A DNA stretch of 63,187 nt, filler included, from Sphacelaria rigidula (GCA_964200075.2; 8 parts of 8 records of this genome joined end to end with filler, not necessarily neighbours in it), one strand, 5' to 3'. Positions 1 to 13,250 are shown, counted from the whole stretch's first letter. Notes: generated by a model from the sequence alone, not told the origin. Program-made: numbers and translations.

Positions 1-81
1 GCTTTTTTCATTTGGATTTACGTGAAGATTTTGCCTCCCAAAACCATGCACTTTCGTGGGGGGGGCTATCGTAGAAATTGT

Positions 82-289
82 CAGCCATAGGAGCAGAGCG
101 TAGTAATGGCCCAGGGTAGACCACGGCAAGGGCAGTTACTGATTCAGGGTGGCACAACGTCTTGTGGCGAGGCCGAAACAATCTCAACTAATGACAAAAG
201 CAAACGCGATAACAACGCGTCACGGAACTCAGGGTCTACGAGCAGACCCGCACAGCCTATATCTTGCAACGCCTCTGAGCTTCATCACA
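82..289. repeat. Truncated LTR fragment (same family as 24625-25081)
   Basis: Shares CAGCCATAGGAGCAGAGCG...ACAACGCGTCACGGAAC.CAGGGTCTACGAGCAGACCCGCACA...GCCTCTGAGCTTCATCACA with 24864-25081 and has the same ATCACA end. Confidence 0.65.
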
Positions 290-1304
290 ATCCCCCGTTG
301 TTCATGGGTGTCCAGGGCTCGCCGATCTTCTCTGCACGCACTCCCGGATGTTTAATTTCCAAGTGTAGCTTTGACACTTCCATCTCTGCTAGCGAGAAGG
401 TCAGGAGTGGGGCACTCACCTGTGGATAGACAAGAGCGCGCCGACAAAACGCAGTTTGTTCTCAAGACATACACATGAAAACAATATAGCATTTCCCAAC
501 TAACGACTCGAGTCGTTTGGGTACGTCCGACAGTACAAAAAGGGCATTCATGTGGGACCTGAATGTAGTAGCCGGCAAGGATTGATCCAGGTGTCTTGAT
601 ATGAGTTTATGTCTGCGTGGGAGGGCAACAGCGCGTCTGCATTCAAGGGAGGAGAACGAAAATGCTCGGTAAAGCATAATGGCTGTATTTCTTATAATGT
701 ACTGCGCGTGACATGCAGGTGATGTGTGCGATACCCGCGATGAACGCTCGACATACACTATCCAGATTCTTCAGTTCTGGAACGTTTGATTCAGCTTTTC
801 CACCCGAACAACGAACGATCAAGTTGTAAAAAAACAAACAACTTCCATTATTTTTGGTAACTTGATCGTTTTGATTGATTCATTTCATTTTGACTTGATT
901 TGACTTGATGCCGCACTTTACCCGACCCCCCAGGGGTCCAGCCGTGGCCGCATGATAGACGTACCCAAGAAAAATAAAACTGAAACACTCGCTGAAAAAA
1001 GGAAGGGATATACAAAAAAAAAGTCGGACAGGATGCTATTGAAATGCAAGCTTGGCCAAAACTGCAGCCACCATGAAACGCAAAGATGCCCAGGAACGGT
1101 CTCAGCGAGATAAGCACATCATTCCAAGTGATGACATCCGCCTGCCCCCCCTTTTGTATGCAAAACGACGGAGAAGGCCCAAAAACGCACACAGGCGAAG
1201 TACCTAGTTGCGTTTCTCATGGGAAACAAAACTAAAAATCTGGGCAACAGCCTTTTTGGAGCTTCTGCGTTGTTTACGCCCCAAGAGAGAGCTACGCAGA
1301 TCTT

Positions 1305-1801
1305 TGTCAAGAGGTTAGGCCGCGTGTATAGGGAACATGAGTCGCTATGCAATACTCAGTCAGTAGACAAGACAAGAGCCCGACAACGGACTGGAGCAAT
1401 CAGCAGAGTGCACGAGGCTGTAACTCTTGTTGATGTGTCCAATACAATATTTTGATCTCACGTGTAGGTTTAGAATATCTCTTCGTTAAATGCGTGGTCT
1501 CAACCTTCTGCTTATCCAATATCTCACGTTCAATCTCTCACGTTCACTCAATAATCTCACCAATGCTTAGCTTCCTTGCAGAGAGCTTAGGTGGCAAGTA
1601 GTAGTACGGAACGATGGGGAGGTGCTCGGGGGTCGGAAGACAGGCACCCCCTCGCTTTATACCCGTTCATACTCGTATCGACCATCTCTAAACAGACCTG
1701 CAGTCTTCGAGATACCCTGAACGAATAACTGTCTAGACTCATGGACGGGTCTAAGCGTGATAACAGGCTAATATGCTAGACTAATATGCTCCTTCATGAC
1801 A
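1305..1801 (-). repeat. 3' LTR of the Gypsy element (497 bp)
   Basis: Ends TGTCAAGA...TCATGACA (7/8 inverted match). Minus-strand CTGGGTGGGTTAG PPT-like tract abuts at 1802-1814. TATAAA-like box on the minus strand near 1660. Confidence 0.65.
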
Positions 1802-2165
1802 CTAACCCACCCAGACGAACCGTTATTACAGCTGCGATAATATATCCTCAAAGGCAGCGAAAACTGAGGTTTTTCTTTTTTCGTGAAGTCATGAGTGGCC
1901 AATACTAGTAAAACACGCCTAAGGAAATACTCCCGACTCACTCCCACACTTCCGAATAAAGAAAGCAGAAACTAAAGTGCTTTAAAACGCGGAAGCACAA
2001 AACTGCTGCCGCGTGCTAGAAACCAACAAAGAAGCACACAATGCTTCGGCGTCCTAGCAAAACGAGGAAAAAATGGGGGGGGGTACAATAGGGAGCAAGC
2101 TGCGCCAGCTTCGACCTGGGGGATTCCAAAGGGACAACAGGGAACAAGCTAGGCCAGCTTCGACC

Positions 2166-3508
2166 AGCTACTCTCACCGTGACTGGGCTCGCGAACAAAA
2201 CGCAGAACCGCTACGACGCGCAGCCGCCCGATACTTAGAGCTCGACTGCCCAGTCCCTCTCTCGCCCGAACGTTTGGCTCCTGTTGGCACACTGCCACCA
2301 CCATATATCTCCGAGGTATATGAACTCGTGCGTAAAGACACGATTTTTACCACGGGCGAAGGTGTGCAACTACTCGTGTGTCGACCCACGCCTTTAGCAG
2401 GCGCAATTACTACCTCCACCACGGGACGCCACGCACGACTACTCGATGACGAACCCACGCGCATATATGTTCCGTTATTAATGCGCCCCTGGGTAATGAA
2501 ATGCTGTCACACAGACTTGTCATGTCATCTTGGCGTCACCCGCACCCTAGCGCTCTTGGAACGCTTTTACTGGTGGGTTGGCATGGAAATTTCTACCCGC
2601 TTTTGGATCCGGCGATGTAAAGCTCGAAAGACTTCACGGCAGACAGTCCGCTGGCCAGTCATCTCTATAGGACTCCCCAACGCGCCCGGGCCACCTTGTG
2701 TCCTTTGACTACTTGGACCCTCTACCGCTCACAGGTCGCGGCAACAGCTACATCTTACTCTTCACTGACCGCTTCAGCCGTCACGCGTCCATGTACGCGG
2801 TAACCGCTGCAGATTTCACTGCCACAGGAACGACCGACATATTGGTCCACGACTACATCAAGCACTACCGTTGCCCGAAACGACTTCTTTCAGACAACGG
2901 TCAACATTTTTGCTCAGATCTTTCTGGGGAGCTTTACAAGCTCCTGGGCATCCGCAAATTTGCCACGAGCGCCTACCACCCTAACGGCAACGGTGGTACC
3001 GAACGAGTTAGTCACACCATAGCCCAAATGCTCTCTGTGGTCGGTAACGACCGCCAAAATGACTGGGACCTACATCTCTCGCACACTATGTTGTCCTACA
3101 ATAACTCGGATAATGCCCCCACAGGACTTTCTCCGAACGAACTCCATCTTGGACGTTACGCCCGGCTACCCATCACCATGTTTAAAAGACACACGTCCGA
3201 TGGCCACCAAGGCTTGGATCAGGATCATATATCCTACCATGAGGTAGCGCATTCACGACAACGAAAAGCGTTTACCCTCGTGCGCGAACAACACGCTATC
3301 AATGCCTCGCGCCTGGAGCGATCTAACACTGCTCTCTTCAACCTAATGCACAAACGCCCCAACTGGAAAGTTGGTGATTGGATTTGGGTCTACAACAGTC
3401 TATCGACCACCCGCCAGGGTACCAGCAAGGCAGCCGACGAAACAATTCTGAAGGCAAAATTGTCCCTCAATTGGACAGGATCTTTCAAGATTCTGACAGT
3501 CGGTCCCA
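2166..3508 (+). pseudogene. Gypsy integrase (HHCC zinc finger, DDE core, GPY/F-like motif), frameshifted near 2700, inverted relative to the element
   Basis: HTDLSCHLGVTRT..RRCKARK, FDYLDPLP, LLSDNG, AYHPNGNGGTER and WTGSFKIL in ORFs 2073-2708 and 2698-3561. Confidence 0.9.
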
Positions 3509-6071
3509 AATCGACAACATCGGAGGTTGTGGGTTTTAACCCCCACAAGACGGCGTGGTAGGGCAGAGGGCGAGGTCCGCCCATGTGCATACCAGTTCCT
3601 GGACATTGAAGGTCAAGGGCGTAGACTGGCGTCGAAAAACGTCTAATTGGGTAAATCCCAGGTTCGTCGGGTTCCGTTAGACGGCAAGCCGGGCTGGAAT
3701 CTGCGGCTGTAGGCGGCAGGGGTAATCGGGAGAGAAGATCAGCGTACCCACTGGTTTGCCTGGGCGAGGCTTAATGGTATACTGGTATGCTGTTAGAAAC
3801 TCCAACCAGCGTTGTGTTCGCCGACCTTGGCGAGTTGCTCGAGTGCCTCATGATCCGTGTAGATTTCAAAGGGCACGTGAAACAGGTATTGTCAAAGGCG
3901 CTTAATGGCCCAGGTGATAAGTCCGCCTTCTAGTTCTAACGGGCTCCAGTTGGCCTCATTGGGCAAGGTGGCGCGACTGCTGTAGAGGAGAGGTCGAACA
4001 GAGCCATCAGCCTGAGGTTGATTCAAAACTCCTCCGAATCCATCTGTGCTAGCGTCGGTGTGGAGTTGAAAAAGGCGAGAGCCGTCTTGTATTGCCTCCC
4101 AATCAGGGAAACAGAGGACCGGTTTTTCGGTAAGGGTTTCCAGCAATTCGCGGGTGATGTTTTCCATCTCGGTGGTGAAAGAAAACACGGCTCCTTTCTT
4201 GAGTAGCTCGGTGAGGGGGCGTATCCGTTTAGATAAATTCGGCAAAAATTGCGGTAGCAAGATAGCCCGTCCAACAATGAGCGAATTTGAGAGATGTTAG
4301 TTGGCATCGGTAAGTCAGTCATAACCCTGACTTTGTTCGTATCCGGATGTAGGCCAGCGGGCGAGATGGAGTGCCCCAAACAATCCAAGTCAGTCGCACC
4401 AAGGCGAGCTTTGGATGGGAGCAGTTTCAAATCGTGAGTTCGTAGTCGAGAGAGAAATTCTCGTAGAGTGCGGACATGTGCAATAGGTGATGCATCAAAA
4501 ACGACAGCGTCATCTAGGCACATGATGATGCGTTCGAGGCCCTCCGTAACGCGTTGCATTAAGCGTTGAAAGCATCCTGGAGCGGTGGCAGCACCTTGTG
4601 GCACTGGAAGCCATTCATGAAGCCCGGACGAGGTACAAAAAGCCGTAAGTGGGACTGTGTTAGGGTGGATAACATTCTGGAAGAACCCAGAAGCGAGGTC
4701 GAAGATGCTGAATATCTTTCCTTCACCTAAGGATTCGAAGACTGCATCAATGCGGGGAATTGGAAGCTTACCAACCACGGTGACGCGGTTCAACCGTTGG
4801 TAATTCACGGTGGTGCGTATGTTTCCATCCTTTTTAGGAACAACCACAAGTGGCGAGGCCCAAAGAGAGGAGGGATGTTGTATTTGTCCTGCTCCCAAAT
4901 ACGCATCCAAGATGACGTCAACCTTTTTGGTAAGGATTGGGTTCGTCCTGTATGGTCGGGAAGAGATCGGCGTGACGCCGGCTTGGAGGGTAACCTCAAA
5001 GGGCAGTGTTTTGCAATCCCCAAGATCCGTTTTGGATCGGGAAAATCGGTCTTGGTACTGTAGCAGGACATCACTGAGTTCTTGGATGACTGCCGGTTCC
5101 CAGCCGGGCCCATGAAGGTCAAAATTGATATCGCGCATGTGTGGCGGCAGTTGGTTCCACATGTGCAAGAAACTATTCCGAGAATCTGACGATAAGCGTT
5201 GAAGCACTTCAGCAGGAGAATCAGAATTTGACTGTGCAGGATCCACGGTGTGGACCTGGGGTGGAGTCGCGGAAGCGAGGTCGAAATAGTGTTCATCGAC
5301 ACAATGGACTGACTCCGCCGGAGATGTGGCGTTTGGCGCGGCAGGCTCTGTGACGCACGTCTCGAGTGGGATGTGCATCAGGGGAGCAGCGGCGATTCCT
5401 AAAACATCGCCGGGTTCCAAGTTAGTATGGCCCGTAAGAGGGAGGAGTTGTTGTCCCGCCGACACAAAATGTTCAGTATCGGCGGGTGCGCCAATACGGG
5501 GTAAAATTTCAGCAAGATAATGGCCCGTAAGTGCTGGCATGCCATTTCGGCGAACTAGTAGTGCAACTTCAAGAAGTTGGGGGTCGTCGGAGAGTGTAAT
5601 ACCCACGCTACCGTTATATCGTAGGTGGTAAGCAGCTCCAGTTGCTTGAAGATTCTTCTGATAAGCCAGGGCGCCGTGGAGAGTATCGAAGTGCTCGAGG
5701 TTGAATTCTCCACGCGGCGTCGAATGTGGCGTTAGTGGTGAAAGCGTGCGGTAGGTTCGTTTATTAAACTGCATATAGCTATCTCTGCCCAATAATATGG
5801 CGTGATGCATTGTGTTGTCGGGGACAACGTATGCCCAGACTGCCAGGCTGGCAGATCGAGTGGTGTTGTGAAATAACTGTACACTGAGACGTACGGATTT
5901 TCGTGTCGTCAGTGGCGCGACAGAATCACCTAAACCGCCCCACACGCGAGGGTTTCGCAAGCTGCAGTAGGAGCGCCAGTCTGTTTCATGTGTTTCCATG
6001 TTGATTCTCGAATAAATGTTTGCGGGCTGCCGCTGTTCAACAAAGATACGCATTTCCGGCATGGATCGCAA
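3509..6071 (-). pseudogene. Gypsy pol: aspartic protease, reverse transcriptase and RNase H (frameshifted)
   Basis: LLNSGSPQTFI (degenerate protease site near 6030, alternative frame), ILLGRD, WASPLVVVPKKDG, FDLASGFFQ, PQGAATAP, CLDD (YxDD site), LHTDASTDGFGGVL, ELEGG, ADLLSRLP. Confidence 0.92.
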
Positions 6072-7049
6072 CGCGAGTAGTGAAAGTGGCCGGATCTACA
6101 GACACTTTGCCGCCGACAAGATCCGGACCGTGTTCCGGCAAGGTAAACTGGTCAGGATCGGCGTGGCTAACAGCAAAAAGAGAAGGCGGTTGATCCGCCG
6201 GTGGGTCAGATTTCTCACCCAAGAAGGGGGTGGACGGTTTATTATTTCCAGGTGTGGCACGGTTAGGGTGACCATAAGCGATTTCATAAATGATCGTCGT
6301 TGGTTGTCAGGGATCCCCGTCTAAGGCAGATCCAGATTATATGTGCCTGGAGTCGTCCATTGAACAAGAAGAGGCGTCAGAAATATCTGATTCCGTTTTT
6401 TCCATGATACTTGATAGGGCTGTCGAGCTCAAAGCCGTCGCATTTTGGAGGGATTGAGGTCGAGGACTTCGGCTCGAAAGAGGTGTACGTAGTAATGCGC
6501 GCGCGTCGTTGGGGGCATGCTTACGGGGCTTTCTCTTTCGCCGTGACAAAGGGCGGGGAATTTCCAAAGCATTTGGGGATAAGACCACAACTACGTCCAG
6601 TCGGGTGGATGGGATCAGCATCGGGGCATGATGGGGCGAAACTTGTGGACTGCTTTCCGTAGGCAAGCTTCGCGGGGGAGACATGGCCGAAGGTAGTCTG
6701 GGGCGGTTGTTATTTAAACCTGCCAAAGGTAGTTTTGCGCGGGTTGAAAATCGCAAGGAAGGAGCTCGATCCAACTGATTGAGGATTACATGGTCCGATG
6801 TGATCAAATTCAAATCAGCAACCCTGGGGTCAGCTGGAAAAAGCTTGTGACTACCTGTTCGTGCGGTCGCTGTGGGAAGCCGTTGCCTCAGAGACTGGCG
6901 GTTGGTCTTCCCACACCTCAGACTTACACTCGGTACTAAAGGACCAAGTTCAGGGCCGGGTGTAGGTGTGAGTCGCGGATTGACACAACTGTTACGCGGT
7001 GTGCGGAGGGGTGAAGACGGGGGTCGAAATGAACGGCCGTCGGTTGCGC

Positions 7050-7260
7050 TGTAATGCGTGAGAGGACCGCGTGCTTAGAGGACCGCATCGGATTTTGAGC
7101 ACCCCTATGGTTGGGGTTAGGGTTAGTGTTAGTATTGGGGTTAGGGTCAGGGGCGTGGTACCTGCAGGGACTGACCCGATTGGTTATGAAAAACATCGGT
7201 CCTGAGGTATTTCGAACTACGGCGCGGTCCTCTAAGCACGCGGTCCTCTCAAGCATTACA
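7050..7260. mobile_element. 211-bp MITE with 37-bp TIRs, GCGC target-site duplication (TSD) and internal TTAGGG-like repeats
   Basis: TIRs 7050-7086 and 7224-7260 differ at one base. GCGC flanks both sides. The paralogous uninterrupted site TTGCGCTCCTGTAT is at 7376-7389. Confidence 0.9.
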
Positions 7261-7812
7261 GCGCTCCTGTATATTGCCGGGAGAGCCGGGCGAACACTCT
7301 TAGTCGCGGGCTCTGCGGGCTGTGTTGCAAAGTGTGTGGAGGTTGGAGACGGGGGTCGAAGTGAACGGCCGTCAGTTGCGCTCCTGTATCGTGCCGGGGG
7401 AGTCGGGTGAGAAATCTGAGTCACGGACTCCGCGGGCAGTGTTGAAACAATCTTCGGAAGTGCTGTCGGCGGCGCCGAAGACTTCAAAACGCCGGCGTTG
7501 TTGCGTCATGGGTCTAAGCGATCCGAAGTGAAGGTACCAGGGTTTCTGGTGTTGGGGTTCGAGCTATGTGTCGGTCCCGTCCGCTGATGTCTATCAGCGG
7601 GAGCTATGACTGGCGCGAGATGTATGATCTCGATGGCGAGTGCCAGAACCGTGATTGGTGTTTTGTCAGCGCGCGCGATTAGAGTGATTGTTGCCGCGGT
7701 TGTTCGAATGGTTGCGATTATTACCACTTGGAGCACGATAATCGCGTATTCGTTTTTGCCAGCGGCGCCACGCGGGTTCACTGCCCGGTAGTTCAGGATT
7801 CATGAGGTCGAA

Positions 7813-7912
7813 NNNNNNNNNNNNNNNNNNNNNNNNNNNNNNNNNNNNNNNNNNNNTTAATTAATTAANNNNNNNNNNNNNNNNNNNNNNNNNNNNNNNN
7901 NNNNNNNNNNNN
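7813..7912. other. Artificial 100-bp contig spacer (also 15725-15824, 23637-23736, 31548-31647, 39458-39557, 47368-47467, 55278-55377)
   Basis: Identical N-run/TTAATTAATTAA/N-run structure, with stops in all six frames. Confidence 0.98.
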
Positions 7913-9519
7913 CGATTTCACGGAAACACTGTTGGACTTACCGGCAGGATTTTGCACCAATGTGCGAGGTAAGCGTTTTGTCCATTAATGATGCAGAGAC
8001 TCTCCGCCGCTGATAGCCATCCAAAGCTTACTCTCAATCATATCATCTACTCTCAATCTCACGAAAACGAAGATTCGCGCCCGGAGGGCTGATCGCGGGA
8101 ACCGGCTAGTACCTGCGGTCAGGGGCGAGGATGTTAAGTAATCCGTCAAGATACAGAGTACGTAAACATGCCTCTTACATCTGGTTGAATCCGATTTTTT
8201 CTAGGAATCAGTGCAATGCGATGATGCCCTGGTGTTCAGAACTCCTCGAGCAGGCTCTGGTTTCAACACTACCAAGGAACTAAAGGAATCGAATCACCTG
8301 AAGCTGTGAACAAGGATATCCTGACGATCGAAGTGTACTGTACTGCGTTGGACTGTCTCCCCACGTGCTGTGAGCCTACGATTGTTACAAGAATAACGGT
8401 GAGACGGTTTGGAGCTCGAGTACTTTATGAACAGATTTGAAAGGATCGACCTGTAGTAAATGAATATGAACGAACTCATGCACAAATGGATGACAGTCAA
8501 AGAATAAGAAGAATAAAAGATCCCGCCCGAAATAGTGAAATTTCGTACTCGTTGACCGAAGTTTTGTTACTTGCCTAGCTCAGTGATCAACCTGCACTGT
8601 AGAGTTAAGCAAATACTGACAACAACTGGAGACTGCCGTTTGTTTGTATCATGGTGCTTCCAACCGGGACTATTGTGTTCGATCATATCATCTGCGGTGC
8701 TGCTCAAGCCAGGAGAGGCAAAATGTTCAGGAAGATGTTCACTGAGATATTCAATTTTCTTATTAATCAAGATTGCAAAACATGTGCGTTTCACCACCTC
8801 GCCATAAGTTAGTAAGGACCTCACGTGACTAAACAAAGAATCAGCCATCATGATGGGCGCTGGGTGATGCGCGCTGGGAGCGACGCGCTCGTGCTCACGC
8901 TTACGACGACACAAAGGTAATCAAGCAACGGAGACCGCTATAGTGGTTCCCACCGCGTTTGAGGTAAGGTGAAGAAACGCAATCTGTCGAATTATGAAAA
9001 AAATCAGTGTACTCTTGACCATGACAAGTACCCCGCAAAAATAACTGCGAGATACACAGCTGCTCAGGCGGGAGTTTACGTTCGTCGTGCGTACTGCTGT
9101 AATGAGCGGAGATTGTAAATGCGCCGCCAATGACGCGAGTCAGTGGACCCATACCCATATAAATAACAGTATGATCTCGGGATATTGTATGTCGACTGAG
9201 ACTCAACCGAAATATGAATTGATACATGAGCTGAGGCTACGAGATGAACCTCAAGACTAAGGTCCATCCCGGGGTGCTTGCACCGCTTGAAGATGCGTGT
9301 CCACCACGTAAGCGTAGCGATATCGCTCACAGCCTGACTTCGGAGGTGGCTATGCGCTAGTCCTGTGCGCGATGCCATTTGAGTAAAGTAAAATGGCGTG
9401 CCGCCCACGCAGTTCGATTCGAGCTCTTACAGTTCAGAGTCAGAATCTTCAGCTATTCTTGATTGAGCAGGAAGCGCGGAGTCGATGTCGGAAGGCATGA
9501 GTCTCTACACGTTGTATCC

Positions 9520-9972
9520 GTTAAATGCAACAGCTGCACGCACGAGTTTTGACGCGTGATACATGTGGCAGGAGCAATGTAGCGCTGCATGCACCCATTA
9601 CCTTGCACACTGTATTGTTACACATGAACGCCGCCCCGGGTAAATACACTATGCCCCACATAATTACCGTTCGCTAATGCGCGACACTGGCACATTGGGT
9701 CGATGTTACATCGAATGTTGCCAGAGATTGTTGGCACCGCTCGTTGTCTCCTTTAAATGCAACACAGCTGCGCGCACGATTTTTGACGCGTGATACAGCT
9801 GGCAGGAGCAACGTGGCGCTGGCTACACCCATTTGCAAAAATTGTATTGTTGTACGTGAACGCCGCACCGGTTAAATTAACTATGCATCGCCGAATCGCT
9901 GTCCGCTAATGCGCGACACTGGCCCAGCGGGTCGGTGTTACCTCGAACGTCATCAGATTTTAGTGGCAGCGA
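9520..9972. repeat. Diverged tandem duplication, about 232-bp unit, two copies
   Basis: TTAAATGCAACA..GCTGC..GACGCGTGATACA..GGCAGGAGCAA..CGCTAATGCGCGACACTGGC occurs at about 9520 and about 9753. Confidence 0.8.
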
Positions 9973-10806
9973 TGGGGCGAAGAACCGAAACAATCAGGAG
10001 GGTATTCACAACAAACAACTGCTGATGTGAGCTGTTGATTGGGAGTTATGAGCGCCGATGTGTGCGTTACACACCAAGCCGATGCTGCTGTAATACCCTC
10101 CCGTTTGGTTTTAGCGGGAAAACCGAGATGCCGCACCTCGCTTCATGCTTTGAGTGACACGACTGCTACTTCGAGCAAGAGCCGGATCCAGTGGTATGGA
10201 TTGTTTAGACAGGTCCCAAATGAGGATGCTTGGATCTTTATGCCGCTGCACCGGTTGTCCAATTCACCCCCCGCCACAGCTGCGGTGCGCTCGGTGATAG
10301 CTGCGCGATGTAAATTCTAGGAGCAACGTTGTGTTTTCTTTAGCCATCAGGTTACGGTCACGGTGAGATACCTGTAAATCTACGATAGCGCTCGAACGAA
10401 ACAGGGATCACGGGAAACAATAAAACAAAATGAGGGTATCTTCATCAGTACGGTTACATTATTCCGAAATGAGGGGTGGTGATGTCAAATTTATCCTTTC
10501 TGCAGACTGCACTGACTGTCGCAACTACAGTACAGTACAGGTGCCCAACGCACGACACTAGCACGACAGAACGTTGTTTGTCTCACCGAAAACGAAAGAG
10601 TCCACATACCCACGAAGTTTTCAACAAAAGTGCAGACAGCACTGCGTGCGACTAAGGTTGTTTTCGGTAGGGACGAGCACAACAACAGTATTACTGCTCA
10701 TCCAATCCAAAACAGTGTGCGTGATTCGTGAATACTCCGCAGCAGAACGGACAGGAAAAGCTTCGACACCTGAGAGGGCTTGAAGGCTTTTGCTGTGAGA
10801 CAGTAG

Positions 10807-11065
10807 GGAGCAATGCTACGGTAGGGGTGCACTTTTTTCGCGAAATTTTGTCTGGTTCAGGGGCTCCTAAGGATTCGAGACGCACAAGAATACGGGTCAC
10901 GGCATCCCCGTTCGCACATATATTCTGGATATCCCCAGCACATTGGAATAGTAATCCTGGCATACTCTCGCATATTTTTATAAGTCGTGTTTTGGATGAG
11001 ATCAGGGGCCCCTAACAATTCCAATCTCAGAAATTATTTCTGTACCCCTACCGTAGCATCACTCT
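10807..11065. mobile_element. PIF/Harbinger (Tourist-like) MITE, copy 1
   Basis: TIRs GAGCAATGCTACGGTAGGGGTGCA and TGTACCCCTACCGTAGCATCACTC, with TAG flanks. Internal similarity to 39754-40093. Confidence 0.75.
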
Positions 11066-12654
11066 AGGGAAACAAGATGTTCCATGGTTTAGTCCTCCAG
11101 CTGATTGTGGAAGGGTCTTCCAATTGAAGCCAACGCCAAGTGAACACTCCACTATAGCCGCACTTCTTTCCATTCACCTTGGGTTGTTCGGATCGGTTTT
11201 GAGAAGGTTGACGTGAGATGCGAGCTTCACACGCTAATTAATTAAGCAGATTCGGGCCCGGTACATCTTCGGTATGCCGACTTGTGTACACCAAACGGTC
11301 AGACCTCTGTCAATTACCCAACACTTGCATCTGGGCAAACTGATTATGTATACAGGACCATCCCCATGTTATCACATGATAATTGAGTGACTGAGCTGTA
11401 TTGAAATGCACTGAAATTCGGTACCGCTGCTTCTGTATAGCTTTACGACAAATACTGTAGCGCATCCAGGCGGGCAGTCAGGCTGTGGTGACGCTACATC
11501 AGCTATTCACCAACGCCAGCCATGCTTGAAGGGCCGTACTTCAAAACCTGACATGTTGACCGTGATGCGGCTTCACAACGCCGCCGCGTACCGTTACTCG
11601 TCATGTACAGGCAGTTTCACAGTGCTACCGCGTGTCTGGCAAAAATGATGTAAAGAAGGTGGCGGTTAAAACTAACGATGCGCGGAATATCGAAACGTTC
11701 CGTCTATCAAACCCTAAACCTTATCACGACCTACCTTAGCGAGTCTCTATAAAATTATGAATTACGCCTGCCAACAGACTGAGCAGACAATTGTCATGAA
11801 CAGGAAGTTGCGAAGTTTGAATGGACAAAACACAGCACCCCCCGGTCAGGGGGGGCAGGTCATTGATATTCGTGAGGTTTACTATTATGAAAAATGGATG
11901 TAAACCCCTCGCAGTTCTCCCTGCTGGATAGTTCGAGAGCTGGGGGATATCTGCCCCGATACTAAATAAAACCAGACCCAACCGTGTAGTTCAGTTATGT
12001 TCACAACTTTTGAAGAAAACCCAGCAAACAATAATAGTTTATGGTCCGCTATATATATGAGGGTTGAGAGGTGAACGTTTCCGTTCTAAAACGGTCGACA
12101 GTCGAACGTGAAGCTCCTGTCGCGCGACCAGTGGGGAGTGCAACTAGCCCTTGCTGGCGCACATTGTACTAGTGTGTAGCAATTAGGACAGTATCTACTA
12201 GAATGTGCACACCTTTTCGATTACCCGCTCCATATTATCGAAAGGATATATCACGGTGGATCAAGAATGATCCACCATCAGTCATCAATAACTCAAGGAA
12301 TGGGACCATTTACCCATGTTCATCCTGGCTGGGGTGATCAACTCAATACTGTCACGATTGGGCAGCTACGGAGAGTGCTTCGAGACAAGATATCTGCACG
12401 AGGCCACCAGACGGACACTACACCATCTCCCGTTGTCCATCTACTCTGCGCCTATCGACAATCCAATTCCAACGCGGTTTGTCTGTCCGTGCATGCTATG
12501 ACTACCATCAGACAAGGCTGCGTTCGTCTGGGCAGTGCTTCTGGTCTTGAGGGTCTACGGGTTCCACACATTCATTTTGCCGAGATATATCGAGAAGAAA
12601 CCGACCAGGCGGTTTGCTGATACTGAAGAACGAAAGTAATAATTGTGGACATTA

Positions 12655-13212
12655 TGCACTATGCTAGCATGGAAGCCAGACAACGTGTGAATGAATTGAT
12701 GAATGCGCGTGAGTCCGGAGTATGCGTGCGTTATACAGTAGGCTCACCCACAAGCAGGCAGGAAATCACTACATACAGGGAAATGAAGGAAGGCGAAGAC
12801 CCAAGATAACAAGACCGTGCTTAGCCGAACAGGTTTATAGGAGCCATATTTCCCCTCGCGTGCCCTTGCAGGTTGACAAGAGGCCGAAAATTGGAGGAAT
12901 ATCCCCGACTATTCCCCATGAAGGGAAATCTGAGCCGAATGCTCACATGAACCTGTCATGTGATCAAATTTGCTGCCATGTTTTCCTGTTTCCCTGTTCC
13001 ACCCCTGTTCGTCTTCCCTCTTTGATGTCCACGCTCATATCATGAGGAAAGTTGATGCTGTCAGTTTACCCCATCGTGTCTTCTCACCGTTGATGAGTTG
13101 AGAACGTCCCCAACCCCATTTTTCCAGGAACACTTAAGAAGGAGTAAGGTACTGCGTTAATCATATGAAGTACGTTTAACCGGTGTTATTATACCCATGA
13201 CATATACGTGCA
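12655..13212 (+). repeat. Putative 5' LTR upstream of the Gag-like ORF
   Basis: TGCAC...GTGCA inverted ends, followed by GGTTATC (PBS-like) shortly before the ORF. No clear second LTR, so boundaries are tentative. Confidence 0.35.
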
Positions 13213-13250
13213 GGTTATCGTTCCAAGTACCGCATAGCCAACGCGAAATA

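Larger units (their letters stand above)
1305..7812 (-). mobile_element. Degenerate Ty3/Gypsy LTR retrotransposon (gag-PR-RT-RH-INT, 3' UTR, 3' LTR), 5' end cut by contig end
   Basis: Protease, RT and RNase H motifs on the minus strand, an integrase block, a purine-rich tract and a TG..CA LTR. Frameshifts and stops throughout. Confidence 0.9.

Noticed and set aside
79-289. Complete 211-bp TG..CA solo LTR or TRIM
   Set aside because: GCTATCGTAGAAATTGTCA also occurs reversed at about 39380-39398, so the TG belongs to a different repeat. The longer copy at 24625 shows this one is truncated.
7111-7152. True telomere, or a coding PNPN repeat
   Set aside because: Short, degenerate and internal to a TIR-bounded insertion.
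7857-7868. Regularly spaced TTAATTAATTAA motif
   Set aside because: Synthetic six-frame-stop linker inside N gaps.
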